Origin: Promethearchaeota archaeon
Lineage (GTDB): Archaea > Asgardarchaeota > Lokiarchaeia > Sigyniarchaeales > SOKP01
Length of the DNA: 23,584 bases
Assembly: GCA_019058015.1 (NCBI GenBank)
Contig: JAHLWH010000222.1
Span: 1 to 23,584 of the forward strand
Direction: 5' to 3'
Part shown: piece after piece, positions 1-8,685 of the stretch
Layout: each line of letters opens with the position of its first letter
How positions within the stretch are numbered: position 1 is the stretch's first letter
Notes under the pieces: model-generated
Told to the model about the DNA's origin: nothing
The model's database searches: none
The model's input: the letters and a program-made list of their open reading frames with translations, nothing else
Program-made: the position numbers and the translations under genes

Positions 1-93
1 CCCCCAATGCTGCCAGGTGTGGGAATGCCTCCAGGAATGGGTGGCATGGGTGTAATGGGTTGAATGGGAGGAATGCCTCCTGGAATGATGTAA
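1..93 (+). CDS. 3' end of a probable chaperonin (thermosome/Cpn60) gene: Gly-Gly-Met/Pro-rich C-terminal tail, partial
   Basis: Frame 1 reads PPMLPGVGMPPGMGGMGVMG*MGGMPPGMM* (TGA 61-63, TAA 91-93). GGM-repeat tails typify chaperonins and some Hsp70s. Only the tail is visible. Confidence 0.6.
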
Positions 94-101
94 ATCTAAA
101 G

Positions 102-126
102 ATTTTTTATTTTTTTTATTTTTTTT
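102..126 (+). terminator. oligo-T tract, archaeal-type intrinsic terminator
   Basis: Three T runs separated by single A residues start 9 nt after the TAA at 91-93. Confidence 0.6.
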
Positions 127-177
127 AACAAAATTTTAAAATCAATTATACCCTAAAATAAATTGATTTTATCTTTA

Positions 178-201
178 TTGTAAGTAATAATTACTTCACA
201 A
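178..201. promoter_or_regulatory. palindromic candidate operator upstream of small ORF
   Basis: AAGTAAT-A-ATTACTT (182-196) is a perfect 7-1-7 inverted repeat, extendable with TTGT/ACAA across a one-base bulge. Confidence 0.3.
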
Positions 202-233
202 GGTAGCACATCTAAGTGAATTGGTTTTAAAAA

Positions 234-458
234 ATGGTTGAAATCAAATTAAGATCTGGACAAATATATAATTTTGATACAATAAAGAGTGTAAAAATAG
301 AAGATAATAAAACCATAGAAATAATTGCTAACTTTAAGCAAGATGGAGAATTCAAGACTTTTCTATTGGCAACTGATAGTATAGATAAAAAATCGTTAAA
401 AAAACTTTTGAAATATCAAAGTAAGGAACGATTGGAGCAATTTTTTAAAGTTTTATAA
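234..458 (+). CDS. hypothetical protein, 74 aa
   Basis: ATG-started ORF filling the gap between the terminator and the convergent AOR. Composition is protein-like, with no recognised motif. Confidence 0.6.
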   Translation: MVEIKLRSGQIYNFDTIKSVKIEDNKTIEIIANFKQDGEFKTFLLATDSIDKKSLKKLLKYQSKERLEQFFKVL

Positions 459-527
459 TAGAAATAAAAATTCAATCGTAAATAGAGATTCTTTTTTGTA
501 GAAAAACATAAAAAAATTAAGGTTAAT

Positions 528-1229
528 TTAGATTTCCAATTCATCTAATTTTTCTTTCGTTGGGACGCCGTTATCATTCCATCCACGCTTTTCATAGTAT
601 GTTTTCAAATTTTCTGATAAATCTAATTTAAATCCTGCCGTACCGCCACTCTCTAAAACTCTGGTGACAATTTCTGGTAAGGTATCATCTTTTCTTGTTA
701 TTCCTAATTTGCATGAAATCAGTCTCTTAACATTTGATGCCCTTTCTCCTGCTCTCATGAATAATTTCTTTTTCCCAAGGGATTCAAAGCCAGTTGTTGC
801 TTTTAATAATTGACACATAGTGGAAATATTTACATGAGTGAAGTTACAAATCACACTGGAATCATATATATTGGTCATATCTTGATATGCTATAACTGAT
901 GCTTCTCTACCATTAATATCAAATCGATCGCCTTTTCTCATTTTTGGGTATGATGCGGCATCTCCATCGATATTATAGAAATCACCTTTATTGTGATTAG
1001 CTCCCGTGCAACATGTCAAATATGTAAGAGCTTGTCCTGCGTATGCTCTAGGGTCGTGCATTGGAATTTCTAAACCCTTAACATGAGCGGCTAAGCCAGA
1101 ATCTACTCCCAATTTTTTCGCCATAATACGGACACCATCTGCTAAAACATCTCCAATTCCTTCCCTTTTAATAATTTTATCTAATAACTTTAGTACAACT
1201 TTGTCATTACCCCATTTTATTTCCTCCAA
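528..1229 (-). CDS. aor: aldehyde:ferredoxin oxidoreductase (AOR family), C-terminal part of a frameshifted gene
   Basis: Motifs WGN, REGIGDVLADG, VKGLEIPMHDPR, SSVICNF (4th Fe-S Cys), DDTLP and YYEKRGWNDNGVPT. It continues the 1217..2395 ORF after a -1 shift at the A9 run. Confidence 0.85.
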   Translation of the reverse strand: MEEIKWGNDKVVLKLLDKIIKREGIGDVLADGVRIMAKKLGVDSGLAAHVKGLEIPMHDPRAYAGQALTYLTCCTGANHNKGDFYNIDGDAASYPKMRKGDRFDINGREASVIAYQDMTNIYDSSVICNFTHVNISTMCQLLKATTGFESLGKKKLFMRAGERASNVKRLISCKLGITRKDDTLPEIVTRVLESGGTAGFKLDLSENLKTYYEKRGWNDNGVPTKEKLDELEI

Positions 1230-2395
1230 GTTAATATCCGATATTTTTTTTTAATTTCATCCAAAGCGATTTTATTTTCAACAAGATAAATTAAAAATGA
1301 TATCGAAACACCACCAGATATTACATCTACTCCTTCAAGATTGCAAATGTGATGTGCCTTAATTATCGGTTTAAAATCTAAGATTCCGCACATTGGACCA
1401 AAAGATGCCGTTGTTTCATATTCTGGCCCATCAACTTTAACTTCCTCACCGTTTATTTCAATGATAGTAGTTCTTCCACAACCTATTGTACATCCCGCAC
1501 ATGCATATTTCAAAACGGGGTATTGTTCTTTTAGTGCCCGTCCTGTTAAGTTTTCGGCAACAAATTCCGTATTTGTGAAATAATTTGCCGGAATATCCCC
1601 AAGAACCATTCCCATATCAGAATATATTAATGTACCATAATGACTAAAGAAATTAACTGCAAAAGCATTATGTATATTTCTCAATGAGTCTTTACCTTTA
1701 GATATTAATTCATCTTTACTATAATATTCTATAGTTTTTTTCCCTTTAACAACGAGCGCTTTTAATTTCTTTTTTCCCATTAAAGCTCCAAGACCACATC
1801 TTCCGGCTGCTCTTCCTTCATCATTTATAATCGCGGCATATTTAACCAAATTCTCACCAGCCTGTCCGATACAAGCGAGATGTATTTTATCGTCACCAAG
1901 TTTTTTTTTAATTAATTCTATTGTCTCCCTTGTATTTTTGCCCCAGATATTCTCTGCATCCTTAAAAGAGATATCTCCATCATTAACAGATAAATATAAA
2001 GGTTCTTTAGCCTTTCCAGTTATAACTAATGCATCATATCCACATCTTCTTAGTATTACTGGAAAAAATCCACCCGATGTCGATTCACCCCAAATCCTTG
2101 TTAAAGGAGATATTCCAGTAACAGAATATCTGCTACTAGAGGGTGTAGCAGTTCCGGTTAAAGGACCAGTTGCAAAAATCAGTGGGTTAATCCCAGCAAA
2201 CGGATCTGATTTTAATATTTCATAATCTTTATCCGTAAGGAGATCGTAAGTCAGTTTTGCTGATAAACCTACTCCACCAATATACTTCTCTGCAATTTTA
2301 GGATCAAGATCTTTAACATCAATCTTCTGATTGCTCAAATCAATATATGCAATTTTTCCATTATATCCAAACAATTGAGTCATTTTTTTTATCAT
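1217..2395 (-). CDS. aor: aldehyde:ferredoxin oxidoreductase (AOR family), N-terminal part of a frameshifted gene
   Basis: Motifs GYNGKIAYIDLS, GPLTGT, SPLT..GESTSGG, IGQAGEN, GRAAGRCGLGA.MG.KKLKA, CAGCTIGC and GPEYET. It ends in a short out-of-frame tail (YRILTWRK*). The joined gene would be about 622 aa, similar to the 614-aa paralog. Confidence 0.9.
   Translation of the reverse strand: MIKKMTQLFGYNGKIAYIDLSNQKIDVKDLDPKIAEKYIGGVGLSAKLTYDLLTDKDYEILKSDPFAGINPLIFATGPLTGTATPSSSRYSVTGISPLTRIWGESTSGGFFPVILRRCGYDALVITGKAKEPLYLSVNDGDISFKDAENIWGKNTRETIELIKKKLGDDKIHLACIGQAGENLVKYAAIINDEGRAAGRCGLGALMGKKKLKALVVKGKKTIEYYSKDELISKGKDSLRNIHNAFAVNFFSHYGTLIYSDMGMVLGDIPANYFTNTEFVAENLTGRALKEQYPVLKYACAGCTIGCGRTTIIEINGEEVKVDGPEYETTASFGPMCGILDFKPIIKAHHICNLEGVDVISGGVSISFLIYLVENKIALDEIKKKYRILTWRK
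1244..1252 (-). repeat. A9 homopolymer at the AOR frameshift site
   Basis: The minus strand reads ATT AAA AAA AAA TAT CGG. One extra A, or a -1 slip, gives AAA AAA AAA ATA TCG GAT ATT AAC TTG GAG GAA ATA AAA TGG GGT, in frame with the downstream part. Confidence 0.85.
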
Positions 2396-2402
2396 CTCTC
2401 CT

Positions 2403-3713
2403 TTATTTATAATATAATTCCATTAAATCTTCTATTTTGTTGTCATAGGACATGAGAAAAATCTTTCGATATTGAGGAGGATCAATCTTGCGCGAGGAAG
2501 ATAAGGTGCAATAATCATTGAATGCAAATTCAACCATTTGATCAATATTGGTTAAATAATCTTCCTTGGAAATTTTTGGTTGTTCAAGTTCTCTTATAGA
2601 AATAGGGCACTTTGCCGACCTCATGAACTCTCTTAATTTTTCTAATAATTCTTTTAATATCTCATTACGCTTTCTTCCTTCTGTATTAACGCTAAATAAC
2701 CTCGCTAAGTCCAAAAAGCGATTTGTTACCTTCGATTGATATGCAATTGAAGCACATAGAAATAGTCCAACACATACCCCATGGTGCACGTGAAACAAAG
2801 CCCCAAATGAATGACCCATTGAATGTTCAATTCCACCAGAAACATTTCCAAACCCCAATCCTGCAATATAAGCGGCTAACTGCATTTTCTCTCGTGCCTC
2901 CATATCATTTCCTCTTTTCACAGAACGTGGAAGATATTTTAATATTAATTCAATAGCCTTTAAATTACACATGTCCGAAAAATCCGTACTCATTGTTAAG
3001 ACATAACTCCCCATAGCGTGTGCTAAAGCATCCATTCCTGTCCCCATAGTTAAGTATGGAGGCATAGTTTTTACAAATTCTGGAACTAATACGGCGAAAT
3101 CCGGGCAAAGTTCATATAATACAACTTCAGTCTTTTTTGGCGGGTCTCGATCTGTATCGGATACAACCGCAATAAAAGTAGTTTCGGCTCCGGTTCCACT
3201 TGTGGTTGGTATAGCAACTAACCAATGTACTTTTTTTCTAAGACCTAAATAACTTGGAGCCATTAAATTATTTAGATTAATCTCCGGTCTCTCATAATAT
3301 AATAAAATCATTTTGCTGGTATCAATAGCAGAACCTCCTCCTACAGATATAATTACCTTTGGATCATATTCTTTACAGATTTCTACTCCTTCTGAAACAG
3401 TATATTTGGGAACATCTGGTAAAACATTATCGAATAGCCTTGAATCAATGCCTCTTAAAGTTGCCAATCGCTCAGCTACCTTCTCTCCAAACTTTCTCAA
3501 ATCTTTATCAACAACAATCAAAACCCTTTTTTCTCCATCCTTTAAAAATGCTCCTAAATGATTTATAAAATCAGTTAAACTGTTTGTTCCAGTAAAAGTA
3601 GTTTTGGGACTTGTTATGGGAGCATGGTATCCACGCATTGCATTGCTCGCTGCTTTGATAAATAAACCTTTTATTTCAGGATTTTCATACCAAGCAATAT
3701 CTCGTCTTGACAT
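2403..3713 (-). CDS. iron-containing alcohol dehydrogenase
   Basis: VGGGSAID (NAD binding), PTTSGTGAE, DALAH and HSMGHS..HVHHG metal ligands. It lies 7 nt upstream of aor, with AGGAGAG in the spacer. Confidence 0.92.
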   Translation of the reverse strand: MSRRDIAWYENPEIKGLFIKAASNAMRGYHAPITSPKTTFTGTNSLTDFINHLGAFLKDGEKRVLIVVDKDLRKFGEKVAERLATLRGIDSRLFDNVLPDVPKYTVSEGVEICKEYDPKVIISVGGGSAIDTSKMILLYYERPEINLNNLMAPSYLGLRKKVHWLVAIPTTSGTGAETTFIAVVSDTDRDPPKKTEVVLYELCPDFAVLVPEFVKTMPPYLTMGTGMDALAHAMGSYVLTMSTDFSDMCNLKAIELILKYLPRSVKRGNDMEAREKMQLAAYIAGLGFGNVSGGIEHSMGHSFGALFHVHHGVCVGLFLCASIAYQSKVTNRFLDLARLFSVNTEGRKRNEILKELLEKLREFMRSAKCPISIRELEQPKISKEDYLTNIDQMVEFAFNDYCTLSSSRKIDPPQYRKIFLMSYDNKIEDLMELYYK

Positions 3714-3724
3714 AATTATGAATT

Positions 3725-3744
3725 TAAACTTTGAAGTTTATAAG
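3725..3744 (-). promoter_or_regulatory. TATA box of the adh-aor operon overlapped by a palindrome
   Basis: Minus-strand CTTATAAA (3737-3744) lies 24-31 nt upstream of the adh ATG. The inverted repeat TAAACTT-TG-AAGTTTA (3725-3740) overlaps it. Confidence 0.45.
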
Positions 3745-3826
3745 TTTTTATTTATCATCTAATAATTGAATTGATTGGTAAAAAATTACTCTTTTCAATT
3801 ATAAAAATTTAATTAATCTTGAAAAA

Positions 3827-6800
3827 TTGAAAAATCGAAAAAAGATGTTTAATCTAAAAGACATTGATTGGGAAGAATTCAAAAATCCTTTAATATCTGC
3901 TCGTCCAATGGTAAGATTTTGGTGGACGGGCTTAGATGTGGAGAAAGATGAATTATTAAAAGAAATCCAAGAATTGGATGAGGCGGGTTTTTTAGGAGCC
4001 GAAATTCAAGTTTTTATGATAGGTTCTCCAATAGGATTGGAAAAAAAAGATATGAAAAGAGCTGCTCGTTCTCATAGGTTTATGCAGCCATATTACTATG
4101 AAATGATTAAGGCTGTTTTGGAAGAAGCATCAAAGCGAGATATGATAATAGACGTCACTATTGGTTCTGCTTGGCCTGCTGGAGGTACTCACATTACTAA
4201 AGATGATTCTATGAAAGTTTTATTACTCGGTCAAAAAATTATAAAAGGTCCAATACACTATGTAGGTGAATTACCGCAATTTCAAGAACCACCAAATGTA
4301 GGACTAGGTCAGAGGGAATTTTTCAAAGAAGATATGAGATTAGAAGCTGTTGTAGCAGGAAAGCCTATTGGAAAACCAGCTGAAATCAAATATAGAGAAA
4401 TTGAGACCGCCTATATTGATAAAGAATCAATTATAATATTAACTGATAAAGTAGAAAATAATAATATTTTAAATTGGCAAGTACCTGAAGGCGATTGGCA
4501 GATATTTGCTTTCTATAAGGGTCCTTCGGGATCAATACCATTATTTGATTGCAGATCTTCTCCTGAAAAAGTTAGTTTGGTTTTAGATCATCTCTCATCT
4601 AAATCTATTAGAAAGCATTTAGATTTACATCTAGGGGAAGGAAAGAAATATTTTGGGAATTATTATGGGAATACTTTAAGGGCATTTTTCACTGATAGTT
4701 TGGAATTAAGTTCTGATTGGTTATGGACAGATGATTTTTTAGAACAATTTAAAAAGCGACGAGGATATGATTTAACACCCTTTCTTCCAGTATGTTTTGT
4801 TCCAAATAGAGATAATAAATATCTCCAAGCATTTCTTGGTGGTGAAACTCCTTGTTTTGACTTTAAAGATGAAAGTGGAGAAAGACTTAGATATGATTTT
4901 GAAAAAACAATTTCAGAGTTATTTTCTGAAGAGTTTGTACAAACAATGACAGATTGGGCAAATAAGAATAAATTAAAAAGTCGAATTCAAGCTTATGGTA
5001 TTAGAGCAGATACTTTAAAATGTTTTGGAATTGCTAATATACCCGAAACCGAACAACTTTATGCTGGAGGAATTATTGATTTTTTGAAATTAGCTGGTTC
5101 TGCAGGTTTAATATATGAGAAACCCATTGTTTCGGCTGAATCCATTGTATGGAATCAGAGAGATTATATGACAACCCCACTTAAGTGGAAAGTTGCTGCA
5201 GATAGATTATTTATTTCAGGAATTAATCAGATGATATATCATGGGTTCCCTTACCAAAATCCATTATTTCCATACCCCGGTTATTGTGGGTTTTCTACAC
5301 CTTATTTACCAAATTCAATGAATTTTTCATCAAATTTCAGTAGAATGAACCCATTTTGGGAGTATTTCCCAATTATGAATAAATATATAACTAGATGTCA
5401 GTATGTATTACAACACGGGAAAACTGTATCTAATGTTGCAATCTTTTATCCAGTATTTAATTATTGTGATTCCATATTAAAAAAAGAAGAATTGGTCGGT
5501 GGGTATTTGGATGAAAATGATGCTCCTTTAGCAAAAGGTCAGATTAATGCCCATTTAAAAAATAAGAAAAATTTAGACAGCAATGACAAGTGGACTTTAT
5601 CTCTAATAAATTTAGCAGATAACCTAACTGCAAATGGTTTTTATTATACACACGTCAATGAAGAAAGTATATTAAATAGTAAAGTTAAGGAAAATAAAGT
5701 TTTAATGGGGGGAGCTAAATTTGAGGTATTAATACTACCGAGTGTTGATGCTATTTCACTTGACTTAGCATGGAAATTAAATGATATTGCTACATCTGGA
5801 ATCCCAATTATATTCATCAATATTTTACCTAAAAAACAACCCGGATATTTAAATTTTGAAGTAAATGATAAAGAGATAGAAGGCATTATTAAGAATTTAA
5901 TTGAAAAAAAGAAATCTTATTACGTTGAGAGTTCCATAAATATATCTCAATATATTATTGAATATTTAAAAATTAAACCCGGAATTTTATATGAGGGAGA
6001 ACAGCTGTCAATTTATTATATTCATAAGGCTACAGAAAATTCTAACTGTTATTTTCTACGTCATTCTAATAATCAGCCAATAAAAATTTCATTAAAATTT
6101 TCTCACATTGACAAAATTCCTTTTGTTTTGAATCCATGGACGGGAGCAATTAATCAAGCAGTTCAGTATAAACAAGATAATGATTATATTAAGATAGATT
6201 TATATTTTGATGCTTACGGTTCTTATATCTTGGAATTTAAGAAAAGTAAAGAAGAACTTCATGTTATTGAAAGTCCAATCAAAACTAAAAGAATTAATAA
6301 TCAAATTTACGGATTACTTGAAGCTACTGGTCATTTTTTAGTAAAATTAAGCGATGGTTCTGAGAAAGTTATAAAAATCGAAAATGAAATACCTACTTCC
6401 ATTTCACTTAAGAAATGGGATTTTAAAACTCAACTACGAGATCATCTAGGCAATTTAACACCAATTTATATTAATTTAGAGGAGTTAAAAGATTGGTGTA
6501 ATATTCCAGAATTAAAATTTTGTTCCAATAAAGGCGTTTATACCTCAAAATTCTCATTAGATGAAAAATACATCCGAGAAGACTTGAAACTAATTTTAAA
6601 TCTTGGTCGAGTTCACGATATTGCAGTTGTAAAAATTAACAATGTTGAGATTCAACCATTATTGGTTTATCCATATGAAATAGATGTTAGTGATTATGTT
6701 AAAAGTGGAGAAAATATTATTGAAATTATAATATCTCCAACATTGCGTAATCGATTGATTGGTTATGGCAAAAAAGGAGGGAAAAATTGGAAAAATCATA

Positions 6801-6880
6801 AAAAGAAAAAGGAGTTTATGCCTTCAGGCTTGATTGGCCCAGTTATGATAAAACCAGTTAAATTGGTTGAAATTATATGA
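3827..6880 (+). CDS. glycoside hydrolase, GH106 (alpha-L-rhamnosidase-like) with C-terminal beta-sandwich domain
   Basis: Motifs RPMVRFWW, GSAWPAGG, FFTDSLE, QFKKRRGYDL, IPETE, SAES, GINQMIYHG, LNLGRVHDIA and PSGLIGPV. The ATG at 3845 is a likely alternative start. No signal peptide is apparent. Confidence 0.8.
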   Translation: MKNRKKMFNLKDIDWEEFKNPLISARPMVRFWWTGLDVEKDELLKEIQELDEAGFLGAEIQVFMIGSPIGLEKKDMKRAARSHRFMQPYYYEMIKAVLEEASKRDMIIDVTIGSAWPAGGTHITKDDSMKVLLLGQKIIKGPIHYVGELPQFQEPPNVGLGQREFFKEDMRLEAVVAGKPIGKPAEIKYREIETAYIDKESIIILTDKVENNNILNWQVPEGDWQIFAFYKGPSGSIPLFDCRSSPEKVSLVLDHLSSKSIRKHLDLHLGEGKKYFGNYYGNTLRAFFTDSLELSSDWLWTDDFLEQFKKRRGYDLTPFLPVCFVPNRDNKYLQAFLGGETPCFDFKDESGERLRYDFEKTISELFSEEFVQTMTDWANKNKLKSRIQAYGIRADTLKCFGIANIPETEQLYAGGIIDFLKLAGSAGLIYEKPIVSAESIVWNQRDYMTTPLKWKVAADRLFISGINQMIYHGFPYQNPLFPYPGYCGFSTPYLPNSMNFSSNFSRMNPFWEYFPIMNKYITRCQYVLQHGKTVSNVAIFYPVFNYCDSILKKEELVGGYLDENDAPLAKGQINAHLKNKKNLDSNDKWTLSLINLADNLTANGFYYTHVNEESILNSKVKENKVLMGGAKFEVLILPSVDAISLDLAWKLNDIATSGIPIIFINILPKKQPGYLNFEVNDKEIEGIIKNLIEKKKSYYVESSINISQYIIEYLKIKPGILYEGEQLSIYYIHKATENSNCYFLRHSNNQPIKISLKFSHIDKIPFVLNPWTGAINQAVQYKQDNDYIKIDLYFDAYGSYILEFKKSKEELHVIESPIKTKRINNQIYGLLEATGHFLVKLSDGSEKVIKIENEIPTSISLKKWDFKTQLRDHLGNLTPIYINLEELKDWCNIPELKFCSNKGVYTSKFSLDEKYIREDLKLILNLGRVHDIAVVKINNVEIQPLLVYPYEIDVSDYVKSGENIIEIIISPTLRNRLIGYGKKGGKNWKNHKKKKEFMPSGLIGPVMIKPVKLVEII

Positions 6881-6927
6881 AATTTTGGGATGAAATATAC
6901 CTAAACTAAGCCTTTAATTTAAACTTT

Positions 6928-8562
6928 TTAATTCTTTTTAAAATATAATTCTATAAATTTCTGGCGATATTTTTCCGGGTTTATTCCACCACGCAGCACA
7001 AAATCTTCATATTCTTTATATAAAAAAACCATATCATCATATAATTTTTTATATTTTTTTCGAGGAGATATAATAGTTCCTCTCATTGAAGTAAAATCTT
7101 TTACAATCTCTGCCCACGATTTTTTAACTCCATTTTTATCGTAATAGGTTTTAGCACTCCTTAATGCTGCCCCTAATGCAGCGGAATCACTGATTTCAAA
7201 TTGAACGATATCCACATCATTAACATCCGCGATAATTTGAAGTATTGCAGTATCTTTTGAAGCTCCTCCAGTAGCATAAATAATGTTTGGCTTTTCTCCA
7301 ATCCATTCAGAATGGTGTCTCATTGATAATATCTGTGATTCGATAATAGCTCGAACATTTGCATCCTTATTATTCTCATCAAAACCAAACCTATATACCT
7401 TTGGATTTAATATGTGTGGGACAATTTCAGGAAGAAAATATGGTAGCATTATATTTCCATTATTTCCTGGTGGTGTTTTATCTAGTATTTTAGAAAATTC
7501 ATCCCAACTCAAATTAAATTTATTTTTAATTTTTTCCCTTGCAATGGCGCCATTTTTAAAGCAGATTAAGCTCATATAATGACCAGTAGGAGATCCAAAT
7601 ACATGGCTTTCTCCATGAGGATCAGTATGCAATTTTTCCATGAAACCAAAATACGTATCGCTTGTACCTAAACTAATTGCTGCTTTTCCTTTCTCAATTA
7701 ATCCAACGCCAATAAGACTATTTGGATTATCACCAGACCATGGCAAAAGAATGGTTTCAGAATTAAAGCCATATTTTTTAACAAAATAAGGAGAAATTGT
7801 TCCAGTAATATGATATGACTCAGTTAAATCTGGAAGTTTATCTTTTAAATTAGGGGCTGTTGCATTTAATGCTTTATCACTCCACTTTTTCGTTTTAATG
7901 TCCATTAAATTCATACCTGCTCCATCTCCATGATCAATCGGAGCATTATCACCTAATAAAACTGAAGCCATAAATGAACTTACAAGATGAATTATTTTTG
8001 TCCTTTCATAAGCTTCAGGATTTTCCTGATAAAATTTTCTTATCTGCGGTCCAGAGAAACGTTCAAATGTATCTGAGCCGGTTAATTCAATAGTTTCTTT
8101 TTTTCCCCCAAGTGTTTCTCTAATCTCTTCGCATTGTCTTGTAGTACTGGAATCCATCCAAATAGGTGCAGTCTCCCTAGAAAATACATTTTCAAGTTGT
8201 TCCTTTAGATTCTTGGTGGAATTAAGATTTTTAAGCGCTTTAAAAAATTTTTCATTTAAATATACGGTGCCATGTTGTTGTCCACTTCCTGAAATTGCTT
8301 CTATTAAACTCAAATCAATTTCTGCTTCTTTAAATTTAGAAAAAATCAAGTCTAAAGCTTCGACCCACATAAGTGGATATGAATGAACAATCTTTCCATC
8401 CTCAAATTTTATGATCCCGTGATCTGTATTATAATGGGGAAAATATTCACTAAAAGGGAGTGAACTTGAAATAACCGGTTTTTTACTTTCAAAATCTATA
8501 ATGATCCCAGTGAGACTTTGGGTTGAACAATCCAATCCTAAGAAGTATTCCTTTATTGACAT
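6928..8562 (-). CDS. xylB: D-xylulokinase, eukaryote-type (XYLB/Xks1-like), FGGY family
   Basis: Motifs LGLDCSTQS, SGSGQQHG, WMDSST, ERFSGPQI, LVSSF, DGAGMNL, GDNPNS, ISLGTSDT, YMSLICFKNG and ATGGAS. Confidence 0.85.
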   Translation of the reverse strand: MSIKEYFLGLDCSTQSLTGIIIDFESKKPVISSSLPFSEYFPHYNTDHGIIKFEDGKIVHSYPLMWVEALDLIFSKFKEAEIDLSLIEAISGSGQQHGTVYLNEKFFKALKNLNSTKNLKEQLENVFSRETAPIWMDSSTTRQCEEIRETLGGKKETIELTGSDTFERFSGPQIRKFYQENPEAYERTKIIHLVSSFMASVLLGDNAPIDHGDGAGMNLMDIKTKKWSDKALNATAPNLKDKLPDLTESYHITGTISPYFVKKYGFNSETILLPWSGDNPNSLIGVGLIEKGKAAISLGTSDTYFGFMEKLHTDPHGESHVFGSPTGHYMSLICFKNGAIAREKIKNKFNLSWDEFSKILDKTPPGNNGNIMLPYFLPEIVPHILNPKVYRFGFDENNKDANVRAIIESQILSMRHHSEWIGEKPNIIYATGGASKDTAILQIIADVNDVDIVQFEISDSAALGAALRSAKTYYDKNGVKKSWAEIVKDFTSMRGTIISPRKKYKKLYDDMVFLYKEYEDFVLRGGINPEKYRQKFIELYFKKN

Positions 8563-8617
8563 CTCAAATTTTAATATTTAATTTACTCCCTTAAAGTATC
8601 TCGATATTATAATTCTT

Positions 8618-8631
8618 AAATGATATCATTT
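8618..8631. promoter_or_regulatory. perfect 14-bp palindrome between divergent promoters
   Basis: AAATGATATCATTT lies between TATA-like boxes at ~8590-8596 (minus strand, xylB) and ~8655-8662 (plus strand, PLP enzyme). Confidence 0.45.
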
Positions 8632-8685
8632 TAGATAAAATATAGGATATTATTTTTATTTAAATTAGATTGAGAATGTATAAAA

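Noticed and set aside
61-63. TGA recoded as Gly (genetic code 25) or selenocysteine
   Set aside because: TGA is a normal stop for iorB (17299-17301, ATGA overlap), the GH106 gene and the Zn protein, and no long gene has an internal TGA. The position is not a Cys-equivalent, and I found no convincing SECIS-like stem downstream.
3762-3802. 9-bp inverted repeat ATAATTGAA / TTCAATTAT
   Set aside because: The long 23-nt spacer and almost pure A/T content make chance occurrence likely.
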